Part shown: piece by piece, positions 8,672 to 16,756 of the stretch
Layout of the letters: the number at the start of each line of letters is the position of its first letter
Numbering within the stretch: position 1 is the first letter of the stretch
Source of the DNA: Dehalococcoidia bacterium
GTDB lineage: Bacteria; Chloroflexota; Dehalococcoidia; Lucifugimonadales; Australimonadaceae
Reading direction: 5' to 3'
DNA: 64,000 bases
Assembly: GCA_034421335.1 (NCBI GenBank)
Contig: DAOUKL010000055.1
Location: forward strand, 4,870-68,869
Made by a program: the position numbers and the translations under genes
The notes under the pieces: model-generated
Database searches by the model: none
Told to the model about the DNA's origin: nothing
Seen by the model: only the letters and a program-made list of their open reading frames with translations

Positions 8672-10897
8672 CTACGCCCCGCCCCTCTCGCGCAGCGCGG
8701 CGTACACCTTCTCGGCGCTCACCGGAAGGTCTTTCACTCGCACCCCAACGGCGTCTTCCACGGCGTTGGCGATGGCCGGAGCGACGGGCGTGAGCGGGTT
8801 CTCGCCGATGCCCTTGATGCCGTAGGGGCCGACGCCCTCCTGGGGATCGAGCAGCACCGTCCGCAGTTCGGGGATGTCCTCGATGTTCGGGATCTTGAAG
8901 TCGGCGAAGCTGGTGGTGACCACCCTGCCGCCTTCAACGACGACCTCCTCCATGAGGCCGTAGCCGACGCCCTGCATAACGCCGCCGTTGATCTGCCCCT
9001 GGTGCCCGATGGGGTTGATGATCCGCCCGATGTCGTGGGCCGTCGTCAGCTTCCGCAACTCGACCTGCCCGGTGTCCGGGTCGACGTACGTCTCGGCGAC
9101 CTGCGCGACGAACCCGGTGACCGGCGCGCGCTCCGCGGAGAACGTCGCCTCCGCGGTCGCCGGACGCCCCAGTTCGGCAAGCAGGTCGGGCCAGTTCCGC
9201 CGCTCGCCGGTGCCGCGATGGACCAGTTCGCGCCCGGCGATCTCGACGTCGCCGGACGGCCACCCAAGCGCCTCGGCGGCGAGGTCGCCCATCTCGCGCT
9301 TCACGGCCTGCGCGGCGCCGTACATCGAGCCGGTCACCACGTTCGTGCCGCGGCTCCCCCCAATGCCGGAGTCGAACGGGGAGTGGGCCGTGTCGAGCAG
9401 CTCGATCCGCAGTTCCTCCGGGTCGAGCCCCAACTCTTCCGCGACGACCTGGCGGGCGGTCGTGTAGGCGCCGGTGCCCTGGTCGAACACCGGCGTGCCG
9501 ATGACGACGTCGCCGTTGGGGTGGAGCGTGATGCGCGCCGCCGACTCGCCGGTGCCGGTGCCGCGGAAGGCCATCGCGACGCCCCTGCCGACGCCGGGCG
9601 CTTTGGGCGAGAAGTAATCGGCGGCCTCCAGAGCCGCCTCGAGCGTCTCCCTAGCGCGGATGCGCTCCAGCCGGTCGCCGGCCATGGTGGCGTCCCCGTC
9701 GCGGATGACGTTGCGCAGGCGGAACTCGGCGGGGTCCATGTCGATGGCCCGCGCCACGAGGTCGATGTGCGATTCCCCTGCGAAGAAGCCCTGCGGCTCG
9801 CCGGGCGCCCTCGCCTGCCCGCCCGGCAGGTTGTTGGTGTACACGCGCAGCACCTCGGCCCGCGCGTTGTCGCACTTGTACAGCCCCGCGCCGTGAGCGG
9901 CGCCGCCGAGCGGAGCGCCGGGCCTTACGCCTCCGTAACCGCCGCTGTCGAACACGCCGCGCATCGAGTGCGCGACAATCTCGCCGTCGCGCTTCACGCC
10001 CGTTTTGAGCGTCATGACGCCTGCGTGACGGGGGGCGGCGGCGGTCAGTTCCTCCGGGTGGTCCATCACCATCTTCACCGGCCTGCCCGTCCGCATGGCG
10101 AGCAGGCAGACGATGGGCTCTTCCAGCGTCGCGCCCTTGCCGCCGAAATCGCCGCCGACCTGCACGGGGTTGAGCACCACTTTCTCCGGCGGCAGGTCGA
10201 CGGCCATGGCGATGGCGCCTCGGATGCCGTGCGGGTTCTTGTTCGGCGCCCACAGTTGCAGCACGCCGTCCTCGTCCACCATCGCAAAGGCGCAGTGCGG
10301 TTCTATGTAGGCCTGATGCGTGCGCGGGACGCTGAACGTGTGCTCGACGATCACGTCGGCGGCTGCGAAACCGGCCTCGACGTCGCCCTTCTCGTGCGCG
10401 TCGCGCGCCAGCAGGTTCAGGTGGCGGCCTTCCTCGACCTCGTAGCCGAAGTACGACCGCACGTCGGGATGGATGACCGGCGCGCCCTCCTCGAGCGCCT
10501 CTACGGGGTCGAACACCGCCGGCAACTCCTCGTACTCGACCTCGATGAGTTGGAGCGCCCGCTCGACGGCCTCTTCGTCGTCGCCGGCGACGGCGACGAC
10601 GCGGTCGCCGACGAAGCGCACGACGTCGCGCGCGAGCACTGGCAGGTCGCGATAGCGGCGTCCATAGAGGACGCCGGGCACGTCGGCGCCCGTGAGGACG
10701 AGCCGGACGCCGGGGACCTGGCGGGCTTTGGCGGCGTCGATGCGGACGATGCGGGCATGAGGGAGCGGGCTGCGCAGCAGCTTTGCCCACAGCATGCCGG
10801 GCGCCTGTGCGTCCATGGCGTAGAGAGCGGCGCCGGTGGTCTTGCCCTGCACGTCGGTCTTGGGAACGGGACGCCCGATTACGCGGTAGGTCGTCAT
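8672..10897 (-). CDS. Xanthine dehydrogenase/aldehyde oxidase-family molybdopterin-binding subunit
   Basis: 741 aa. N-terminus MTTYRVIGRPVPKTDVQGKTTGAALY, plus GGDFGGKG and TNNLPGGQARAPGEPQG, fit the a/b-hammerhead plus MoCo-binding subunit. No CoxL-type AYRCSFR loop. Confidence 0.9.
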   Translation of the reverse strand: MTTYRVIGRPVPKTDVQGKTTGAALYAMDAQAPGMLWAKLLRSPLPHARIVRIDAAKARQVPGVRLVLTGADVPGVLYGRRYRDLPVLARDVVRFVGDRVVAVAGDDEEAVERALQLIEVEYEELPAVFDPVEALEEGAPVIHPDVRSYFGYEVEEGRHLNLLARDAHEKGDVEAGFAAADVIVEHTFSVPRTHQAYIEPHCAFAMVDEDGVLQLWAPNKNPHGIRGAIAMAVDLPPEKVVLNPVQVGGDFGGKGATLEEPIVCLLAMRTGRPVKMVMDHPEELTAAAPRHAGVMTLKTGVKRDGEIVAHSMRGVFDSGGYGGVRPGAPLGGAAHGAGLYKCDNARAEVLRVYTNNLPGGQARAPGEPQGFFAGESHIDLVARAIDMDPAEFRLRNVIRDGDATMAGDRLERIRARETLEAALEAADYFSPKAPGVGRGVAMAFRGTGTGESAARITLHPNGDVVIGTPVFDQGTGAYTTARQVVAEELGLDPEELRIELLDTAHSPFDSGIGGSRGTNVVTGSMYGAAQAVKREMGDLAAEALGWPSGDVEIAGRELVHRGTGERRNWPDLLAELGRPATAEATFSAERAPVTGFVAQVAETYVDPDTGQVELRKLTTAHDIGRIINPIGHQGQINGGVMQGVGYGLMEEVVVEGGRVVTTSFADFKIPNIEDIPELRTVLLDPQEGVGPYGIKGIGENPLTPVAPAIANAVEDAVGVRVKDLPVSAEKVYAALRERGGA

Positions 10898-10938
10898 GCG
10901 GTCCTCCTGATTGGGGAGCGGCGGGAGCGCTGGCGAGG

Positions 10939-11661
10939 TTAGAACATGTAGATGCGTTCTTTCAGCCGGAGGTCCTCGAGCGCCCGTATCGAGCGCGCCC
11001 GCTCAACGAACGCCTCCAGGCTCACGCCGGACAGCATCCCCTCCTCCGTGAGCATCGCGTGCAGTTCCGGGAACAGCCCCTCCGCCGACCGGCGCACGTT
11101 GAGCAGGTCGCCGGCAAAGTGGTAGGGCAGGAATTCCGGGGTGAAGTAGCGGAAGTTCTCCCGGAGGATGCGCTCCTCCTCGGCGCTGGCCGCCGCGGCG
11201 CAGCGCGCCTCGACGTACGAGCCGACGAGCGGCGGGGAGAAGTCGACGTAGAGCAAGTCGCCGTCTTCGCCGACGAAGTTCTTCACGTGCGGGTCGATGG
11301 ACACCCCGGCGTCGGCTGCCCGCCGCAGCACCGCGACCGCCGCGACGACGGCGGAGGCGTGGTCGCGCACGAGAGCCTCCGGCGTCTCGTACCGCTCCAC
11401 GAGATTGTCGCCGCCGTCCTCGCAGAGATAGACGACGCACTCATCCTCAACCCGGCAACTGAGCACAGCCGGCATGCGGACGCCCGCCCCCCGCAGCTGC
11501 CGCCGGTATTCCTCGATCTCCTCGACAATCTCTTCGAGCGAGCACGACAGCCAGTCGTTGGGGCGGATGGTCTTCTCGACCATCCGCTTGCCATCGCGCA
11601 CGAACCTCTCGATCCGGGTGTTGTGGACCGAGAAGCGGCTGGGGTCCGGCTCTCCCGGCAT
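10939..11661 (-). CDS. Uncharacterised protein with protein-kinase-like fold motifs
   Basis: 240-aa ORF with normal composition. IDPHVKNFV (catalytic-loop-like D-x-H-x-K-N) and LLYVDFSPP (DFG-like) suggest an atypical kinase or phosphotransferase fold. No family name recognised. Confidence 0.6.
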   Translation of the reverse strand: MPGEPDPSRFSVHNTRIERFVRDGKRMVEKTIRPNDWLSCSLEEIVEEIEEYRRQLRGAGVRMPAVLSCRVEDECVVYLCEDGGDNLVERYETPEALVRDHASAVVAAVAVLRRAADAGVSIDPHVKNFVGEDGDLLYVDFSPPLVGSYVEARCAAAASAEEERILRENFRYFTPEFLPYHFAGDLLNVRRSAEGLFPELHAMLTEEGMLSGVSLEAFVERARSIRALEDLRLKERIYMF

Positions 11662-11678
11662 GTCAGGCGACGCGACGG

Positions 11679-12572
11679 CTAGCGGCCGGCGCCGACGCCG
11701 GCCTCCACGGGGTAGAGTTGCGCCACAAACTTCTTGGTGGAGACCATGTGCCGGGAGAGGCCCAGTTCCTTGGGGTCCAGGCCGAGGGCAAGGCCCACAG
11801 CCTGGGGCAAGTGGATGATGGGCAAATCAAAACGATTGCCGGTCGCCTTCTCGACCGCGGTCTGCTCTCCGTCCATCTCCAGATGGCAGAGCGGGCATGG
11901 CAACACCATGGCGTCGGCGCCCTTGCTGACCGCCTCGCCGAGGTGCTTCGCGGTCATCGCGAAGGCGTTCTCTTCGTTGGCGGTGAGCGAGGGGAAGCCG
12001 CAGCACTTGCCCTTGCCGGCGATGTCGACGTTCGTGCCGCCCAGCGCCTCGGTCACCTGTTCGAGGTACAGTTTGCGCTCCGGGCGTTGAATGACGTCGA
12101 TGGGGCGGCGGAGGTAGCAGCCGTAGAACGGCGATAAGCCGAGCCCGTTGAGCGTGCGACGCGCCTTGCTCCTCACAACGTCGAGGCCCACGTCCTCGAC
12201 GAGCGCCCAGAGGAAGTGCTTCACGTCGGTTGTGCCGTGGTATTCGAGCCCCTCTTCCGCCAGGTGCTCGCGGTTGATGCGCTCCCGGTAGACGGGGTCG
12301 GAGAGCCGGAGGGCGCTGCCGCCGATGACGCCCTGACAAGTGCTGCAGATGGTGAGCAGCGGGAGGCCCATCGCCTCCGCCTTGGCTAGCGTGCGCGCGT
12401 TGATGGGGTCGCATATCTCGGCGGGAATCAGCCCGGCGCCACTGCAGCCGACGTCCTTCAACTCCTCCACTTCGATATCCAATTCGGCTGCGACCCGCAC
12501 GAACGACTCGTAGAGTTCCGGGCAGAAGCCCTTGGCGACGCACCCGGGATAGAACGCGAACCGGTGGCTCAT
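11679..12572 (-). CDS. HdrB/SdhE-like protein with two CCG-type cysteine-rich domains
   Basis: 297 aa. First domain: YPGC...GCSG...CSTC. Second domain: FYGC...GKCCGFP...PCPLC. ATGA overlap with the upstream FeS gene. Confidence 0.85.
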   Translation of the reverse strand: MSHRFAFYPGCVAKGFCPELYESFVRVAAELDIEVEELKDVGCSGAGLIPAEICDPINARTLAKAEAMGLPLLTICSTCQGVIGGSALRLSDPVYRERINREHLAEEGLEYHGTTDVKHFLWALVEDVGLDVVRSKARRTLNGLGLSPFYGCYLRRPIDVIQRPERKLYLEQVTEALGGTNVDIAGKGKCCGFPSLTANEENAFAMTAKHLGEAVSKGADAMVLPCPLCHLEMDGEQTAVEKATGNRFDLPIIHLPQAVGLALGLDPKELGLSRHMVSTKKFVAQLYPVEAGVGAGR

Positions 12573-13534
12573 CGCTTCTTCTCCTTTCGCAGCCCCGCAT
12601 TCGAGCGGTTGTATCTGTCGAATATCTTCTTGATCTGGTCCGCGCCGGGCCGCTTGTAGTGGGGCTTCAGAGTGGCCTTGCCCTTCCTCAGAGCGCGCAA
12701 TCCCAGCGGCAGCGTGTGCAGCCCGCCCCTGATGAGGCCGCCGTAGGTCTGTAACGCGACGGAGCGCTCATCGAGCCACCCCTTGCGCGAGATGGACTCC
12801 TCGAACGCGTCGTAGTGGCGCTCCAGCATCTTGTTGCCGTAGCCGGACTTGATGCCGTGAGCGATGGCCTTGTCCCGCGTGTCCATAATGAGGTGAGTCG
12901 GCTCCAGGCCGAGGGGGCAGTGCTCGGTCGCCTCCCAGCAGTGGACGCAGTCCCATATCCCGTGGACTTCGCTGCCTTCGCGCAGCCGCTCAGCGGTGAT
13001 GGAGTCGCGGGGGTCGACCGCGAAGCGGTAGAGCTTGGTGAGGGCGGCGGGGCCGTAGAAGTCGAGGTTCACGTCGATCACCGTGCAGCCCTCATCGCAC
13101 AGGCCGCAGGTGGTGCAGCGCATCGCCTGGCGCACCGGGCGCAACTCCTCGTCGGTCACGGGGCGGTCGCCGTTGGGCACGACGCCCCTGGCGAAGTGGT
13201 CGACCTTGTCCCACAGGAACTTCTTCACGTCGTACATCACGTCCCGCGTAACGGGGGCGTAGCGGACGGGTTGCACGGTGATGACCTCGTCCTTCTGGGT
13301 TTCGCCGACGGTTACGAGGCACGAGGGCTTCTGCGCGCCGTTCAGGCTCACGGTGCAGTCGCCGCAGAAGCCGACGCCGCAGTTGCCCCTGAAGGCGAGT
13401 GTGCCGTCCTGCGTTTCGCGGACGGCCACGAGGGCGTCGAACACCGTGGACCCGGGGTCGACATCGGCCTCGTAGTCGGAGTACACGGGCTGGGCCCGGG
13501 TTCCTGCGCGCTGGAACTTGAAGGTGATTTTCAC
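12569..13534 (-). CDS. Succinate dehydrogenase/fumarate reductase-like iron-sulfur subunit with C-terminal extension
   Basis: 321 aa. GTG start preceded by AGGAGG. Cys motifs CGVGFCGDC...C (2Fe-2S-like), CTTCGLCDEGC and CVHCWEATEHCP, plus an ~80-aa basic C-terminal extension. Confidence 0.85.
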   Translation of the reverse strand: MKITFKFQRAGTRAQPVYSDYEADVDPGSTVFDALVAVRETQDGTLAFRGNCGVGFCGDCTVSLNGAQKPSCLVTVGETQKDEVITVQPVRYAPVTRDVMYDVKKFLWDKVDHFARGVVPNGDRPVTDEELRPVRQAMRCTTCGLCDEGCTVIDVNLDFYGPAALTKLYRFAVDPRDSITAERLREGSEVHGIWDCVHCWEATEHCPLGLEPTHLIMDTRDKAIAHGIKSGYGNKMLERHYDAFEESISRKGWLDERSVALQTYGGLIRGGLHTLPLGLRALRKGKATLKPHYKRPGADQIKKIFDRYNRSNAGLRKEKKR

Positions 13535-13566
13535 GTGCCGCCTCCTGTCTGTACGCCCTGTCGCCG

Positions 13567-15084
13567 TCAGGAAGCCGCGACGGCTTCCCTGCGGGTCGCC
13601 GGGCCGGCGTCCCCGCGCGTAACCGAAATCCGCGCGGCCTGCGCGTCGTCCTGGTCGGGGTAGTCCGTCCGAACGTGGACGCCGCGGCTCTCCGTGCGCT
13701 CGAGCGCGCTCGCCACGATCGTCTCCGACACGTCGAGCAGCCAGCCGAGCTCCAGGTACTGAACGAGGCCGAAATTATAGTCTCTCGTGCCGACGCCGGC
13801 GCCGAGCTGCGCCGCCTCTTCGCGCATCGCGCGGATGCGCTCCTGCGCGGCTCCCAGGCCCTTGGCGTCCCGGCTCATGCCGGCCTTCTCGTGCATGAGC
13901 GCGGCGAGTTCCGAGCGGAGCGCCGCAACAGGCGCGCCTCCCGGACGCCCCAGCGCGGCGGAGACGTAGGCGTCCTCCTTGTGGAGCGCCGCGTCGTTCG
14001 TCGGCTCCGAGCCCGCGTCCTGCATCGCCGCGCGCGCCGCCGCAGTCCCCGCCCGCTTGCCGAACGACGCCGACAGGAGCAGGAAGTTGCCGTCGAGCCC
14101 TCGGGCCCCGTGGAAACCGGCGCCCGCGCACTCGCCCGCGGCGTACAGACCCGGCATCGACGTGGCCCCATTGGCGTCGACGGCGATGCCGCCGAGCAGG
14201 CGCGACATCGCGGGCGCGACCGGCGCCGCGTCCTTCAGCATGTCCACGCCCGCAAGCGCCTTCACCCGGTGCAGCGTGTCCGGGAATCGCGTTGCGGCCT
14301 CCGACGGCTCCGGCAACCCACTGAGCGTCACTCCGCCGTTCACCGTCGACGCTCCGCCGGCCCAGAGCAGCGGCGAGAGGGCCAAGCGGCGGTCCTTCAG
14401 CACGTAGGGGTAGTACTGTACGAACTCCATGTCGACGAGCCGGACGCCGGCGCGGTAGGCGGCCGCGATGCCGGCGCCGCCGCACTGCAGCGACGACGTG
14501 CTGGGATCGTAGGCCCGCCTCGGCCCGCCCGTCGCCAGGACGACGGCGCCGGCGGGCATCGTCTCCAGCTCGCCGGTGGCCATGTCGAACGCGACGACGC
14601 CCCCACACTTGCCGTTCTCCACCACGAGGGCGGTGACGACCCACTCGATGCACATGTGGACGCCGGCGCCGATGGCCTGCTCGTACAGGGTTTGGGTGAG
14701 CGCCAGGCCGGTGGAGTCGTCCACGTAGACGGCGCGCGCGTCCCCGGCGCCGGGCAACTGCGCACGGTGAATCACCGTGCCCTGACGGTTGAAAGGCGCG
14801 CCCATGCGGTCGAGCTCGATCACCAGCCCCGGCGCCTCGCGGCAGACGTCCTCGACGATCGACGCGTCGCCTACGCCGACGCCGGCCGCGAGCGTCTCCG
14901 CGACGTGCGACTGCCGGCTTTCATCCGCGCCGCTGCCGGCGTTGAGGCCGTCTTGCACGGACACCGAATAGCTGCGCGCGGGATGCGACTGGGTGACGAG
15001 CGCAACCGACGCGCCGGCGCGCTTGGCGGCCACCGCCGCGCGCAGTCCGGCAATGCCGCCTCCTACCACGAGCACTTCATGCAT
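13567..15084 (-). CDS. FAD_binding_2 (SdhA/FrdA/NadB-superfamily) flavoprotein with non-canonical active-site motifs
   Basis: Start moved to ATG 15084, preceded by GGGAGGAG. VLVVGGGIAGLRAA is an FAD fold motif. RSYS, MEFVQYYPY, SRLLGG and HGARGLD replace RSH[ST], MEFVQ[FY]HPT, HYxMGG and HGANRLG. Confidence 0.85.
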   Translation of the reverse strand: MHEVLVVGGGIAGLRAAVAAKRAGASVALVTQSHPARSYSVSVQDGLNAGSGADESRQSHVAETLAAGVGVGDASIVEDVCREAPGLVIELDRMGAPFNRQGTVIHRAQLPGAGDARAVYVDDSTGLALTQTLYEQAIGAGVHMCIEWVVTALVVENGKCGGVVAFDMATGELETMPAGAVVLATGGPRRAYDPSTSSLQCGGAGIAAAYRAGVRLVDMEFVQYYPYVLKDRRLALSPLLWAGGASTVNGGVTLSGLPEPSEAATRFPDTLHRVKALAGVDMLKDAAPVAPAMSRLLGGIAVDANGATSMPGLYAAGECAGAGFHGARGLDGNFLLLSASFGKRAGTAAARAAMQDAGSEPTNDAALHKEDAYVSAALGRPGGAPVAALRSELAALMHEKAGMSRDAKGLGAAQERIRAMREEAAQLGAGVGTRDYNFGLVQYLELGWLLDVSETIVASALERTESRGVHVRTDYPDQDDAQAARISVTRGDAGPATRREAVAAS

Positions 15085-15227
15085 GTGCTCCTCCCGTAAT
15101 CTGTGAGTCAAGCGGCGGGGGTATCCCCTCGCGTAACTTTACCACCTGCGCGCAAGTCATGTGCGCGGCGCAGGGGCAGAGAGCGGGCGCAAGGCGCGCG
15201 AGTGGCGATTGCCGGTATCATCCCCCT

Positions 15228-16655
15228 ATGCCCGCTCCGCAAAGACGCACGAAAATCGTGGCCACCTGGGGGCCCGCCCTCGCCGATGAAGAGCGACTGC
15301 GCCAGGCTATCCTCGCCGGCGCCGACGTCTTCCGCCTCAATTTCTCCCACGCGACCAGCGAGGAGGTCAGCTCCGTCGTCCCGCGCATCCGGGCTCTCAG
15401 CGCCGAACTCGATCGCCCCGTCGCGCTCCTGCAGGACATCCAGGGCCCGCGGCTGCGCACCGGCGAGGTGGAGAACCCCGAGGGCGCAACCCTGACCATC
15501 GGCGAACGCGTCGTCGTCACCTCCGAGCCCGTCCCCGTAACCTCGTCGGTCGTGTCGATCCCCTACCCCAGGCTGGCGCATGACGTCGCGCCGGGGCACC
15601 GCATCCTCATCGCGGACGGCGTCATGGCCCTCCGGGTCGCCGCCGTCCGCCCGCCCGAACTCGACGCCGAGGTTGTCGCCGGCGGCGTGCTCACCTCCCA
15701 CAAGGGCGTCAACCTGCCCGACTCCCACGTGACCGCCGACCCGCTCACGCCGAAAGACCGCGCCGACCTTGCGCTCGGCGCCGAGCTCGGCGTCGATTAC
15801 GTCGCGGTCAGCTTCGTCCGGAGCGGCGCGGACGTGGAGGCGTGCCGCAGCTTGCTCCGCGAACTCGGCGCCGAAACCCCCATAGTCGCCAAGATCGAGC
15901 ATCCCCTCGCCATCGACAACCTCCCGGAGATCCTCGAGGCGTCCGACGCCGTGATGGTTGCGCGCGGCGACCTGGGCGTCGAAGTATCGCCCGAGCGCGT
16001 TCCCCTCCTGCAGAAACAGATCATCGCGCAGGCCAACGAGGCCGGTCTGCCCGTCATCACCGCCACCCAGATGCTGGAGTCGATGATCGAGCGCTCCACT
16101 CCCACGCGCGCGGAGGCGAGCGACATCGCCAACGCCATTCTCGACGGCACGGACGCCGTGATGCTCTCCGGGGAGACGGCGATCGGCGCGTTCCCCACGG
16201 AGGCCATCGCCACCATGGCGCGCATCGCCCTGGCCGCGGAAACGTCGGAGGCGTCGGCGCGGCATTTCCGACAGCAGGGCGGGGATGACCAGCCGCACGC
16301 AATGGCCGGCGCCGCCTGTATGCTCGCCGAGCGCCTGGGGGCGCGCGCGATGGTCGTCGTAACCGGAAGCGGCCGCACCGCCGCGACGCTCTCCCGGCAG
16401 CGCCCCGCCGTTCCTATCTACGCGTTCACTTCCGGGCCCGAGGCCGCCCGCAGCCTCATGCTCTGGTACGGCGTTTGGCCCATTCAGACCACCATCGCAG
16501 ACCGATTCGAGGTTACGGTGCAGTCGACGCTGGGGCTGCTCGAGCAGCGCGACGCCGTCGCCCCCGGCGATAGCGTCGTCTTCTTCGGCACGGCGCCTGT
16601 CGGCGCAGGCAAGATGCCGAACCTCATCACGGTGCGCACGGTCGGCGATGGGTGA
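15228..16655 (+). CDS. pyk: Pyruvate kinase
   Basis: Start moved to ATG 15228. RRTKIVATWGPA N-terminus, MVARGDLGVE, and a C-terminal regulatory domain. Confidence 0.9.
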   Translation: MPAPQRRTKIVATWGPALADEERLRQAILAGADVFRLNFSHATSEEVSSVVPRIRALSAELDRPVALLQDIQGPRLRTGEVENPEGATLTIGERVVVTSEPVPVTSSVVSIPYPRLAHDVAPGHRILIADGVMALRVAAVRPPELDAEVVAGGVLTSHKGVNLPDSHVTADPLTPKDRADLALGAELGVDYVAVSFVRSGADVEACRSLLRELGAETPIVAKIEHPLAIDNLPEILEASDAVMVARGDLGVEVSPERVPLLQKQIIAQANEAGLPVITATQMLESMIERSTPTRAEASDIANAILDGTDAVMLSGETAIGAFPTEAIATMARIALAAETSEASARHFRQQGGDDQPHAMAGAACMLAERLGARAMVVVTGSGRTAATLSRQRPAVPIYAFTSGPEAARSLMLWYGVWPIQTTIADRFEVTVQSTLGLLEQRDAVAPGDSVVFFGTAPVGAGKMPNLITVRTVGDG

Positions 16656-16756
16656 CCGTCCCCACGGCGAAACCTCCGCGCGCTCCCGCCGCAGGCTTTG
16701 GTAAAATGATGGTCGACGCGCTCCCTCCGACCGCGGACGCGCTCTGAACCACCCCT

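Noticed and set aside
8672-10897. Calling the molybdoenzyme a CO dehydrogenase large subunit (CoxL)
   Set aside because: I could not find the AYRCSFR or AYRGAGR active-site loop. The corresponding region reads GGQARAPGEPQG, which is more like generic XDH/aldehyde oxidase family members.
16702-16707. TAAAAT hexamer with upstream TGG as promoter of the binding-protein gene
   Set aside because: The -10 is plausible, but there is no convincing -35 and no supporting evidence. It is left unreported as a feature.
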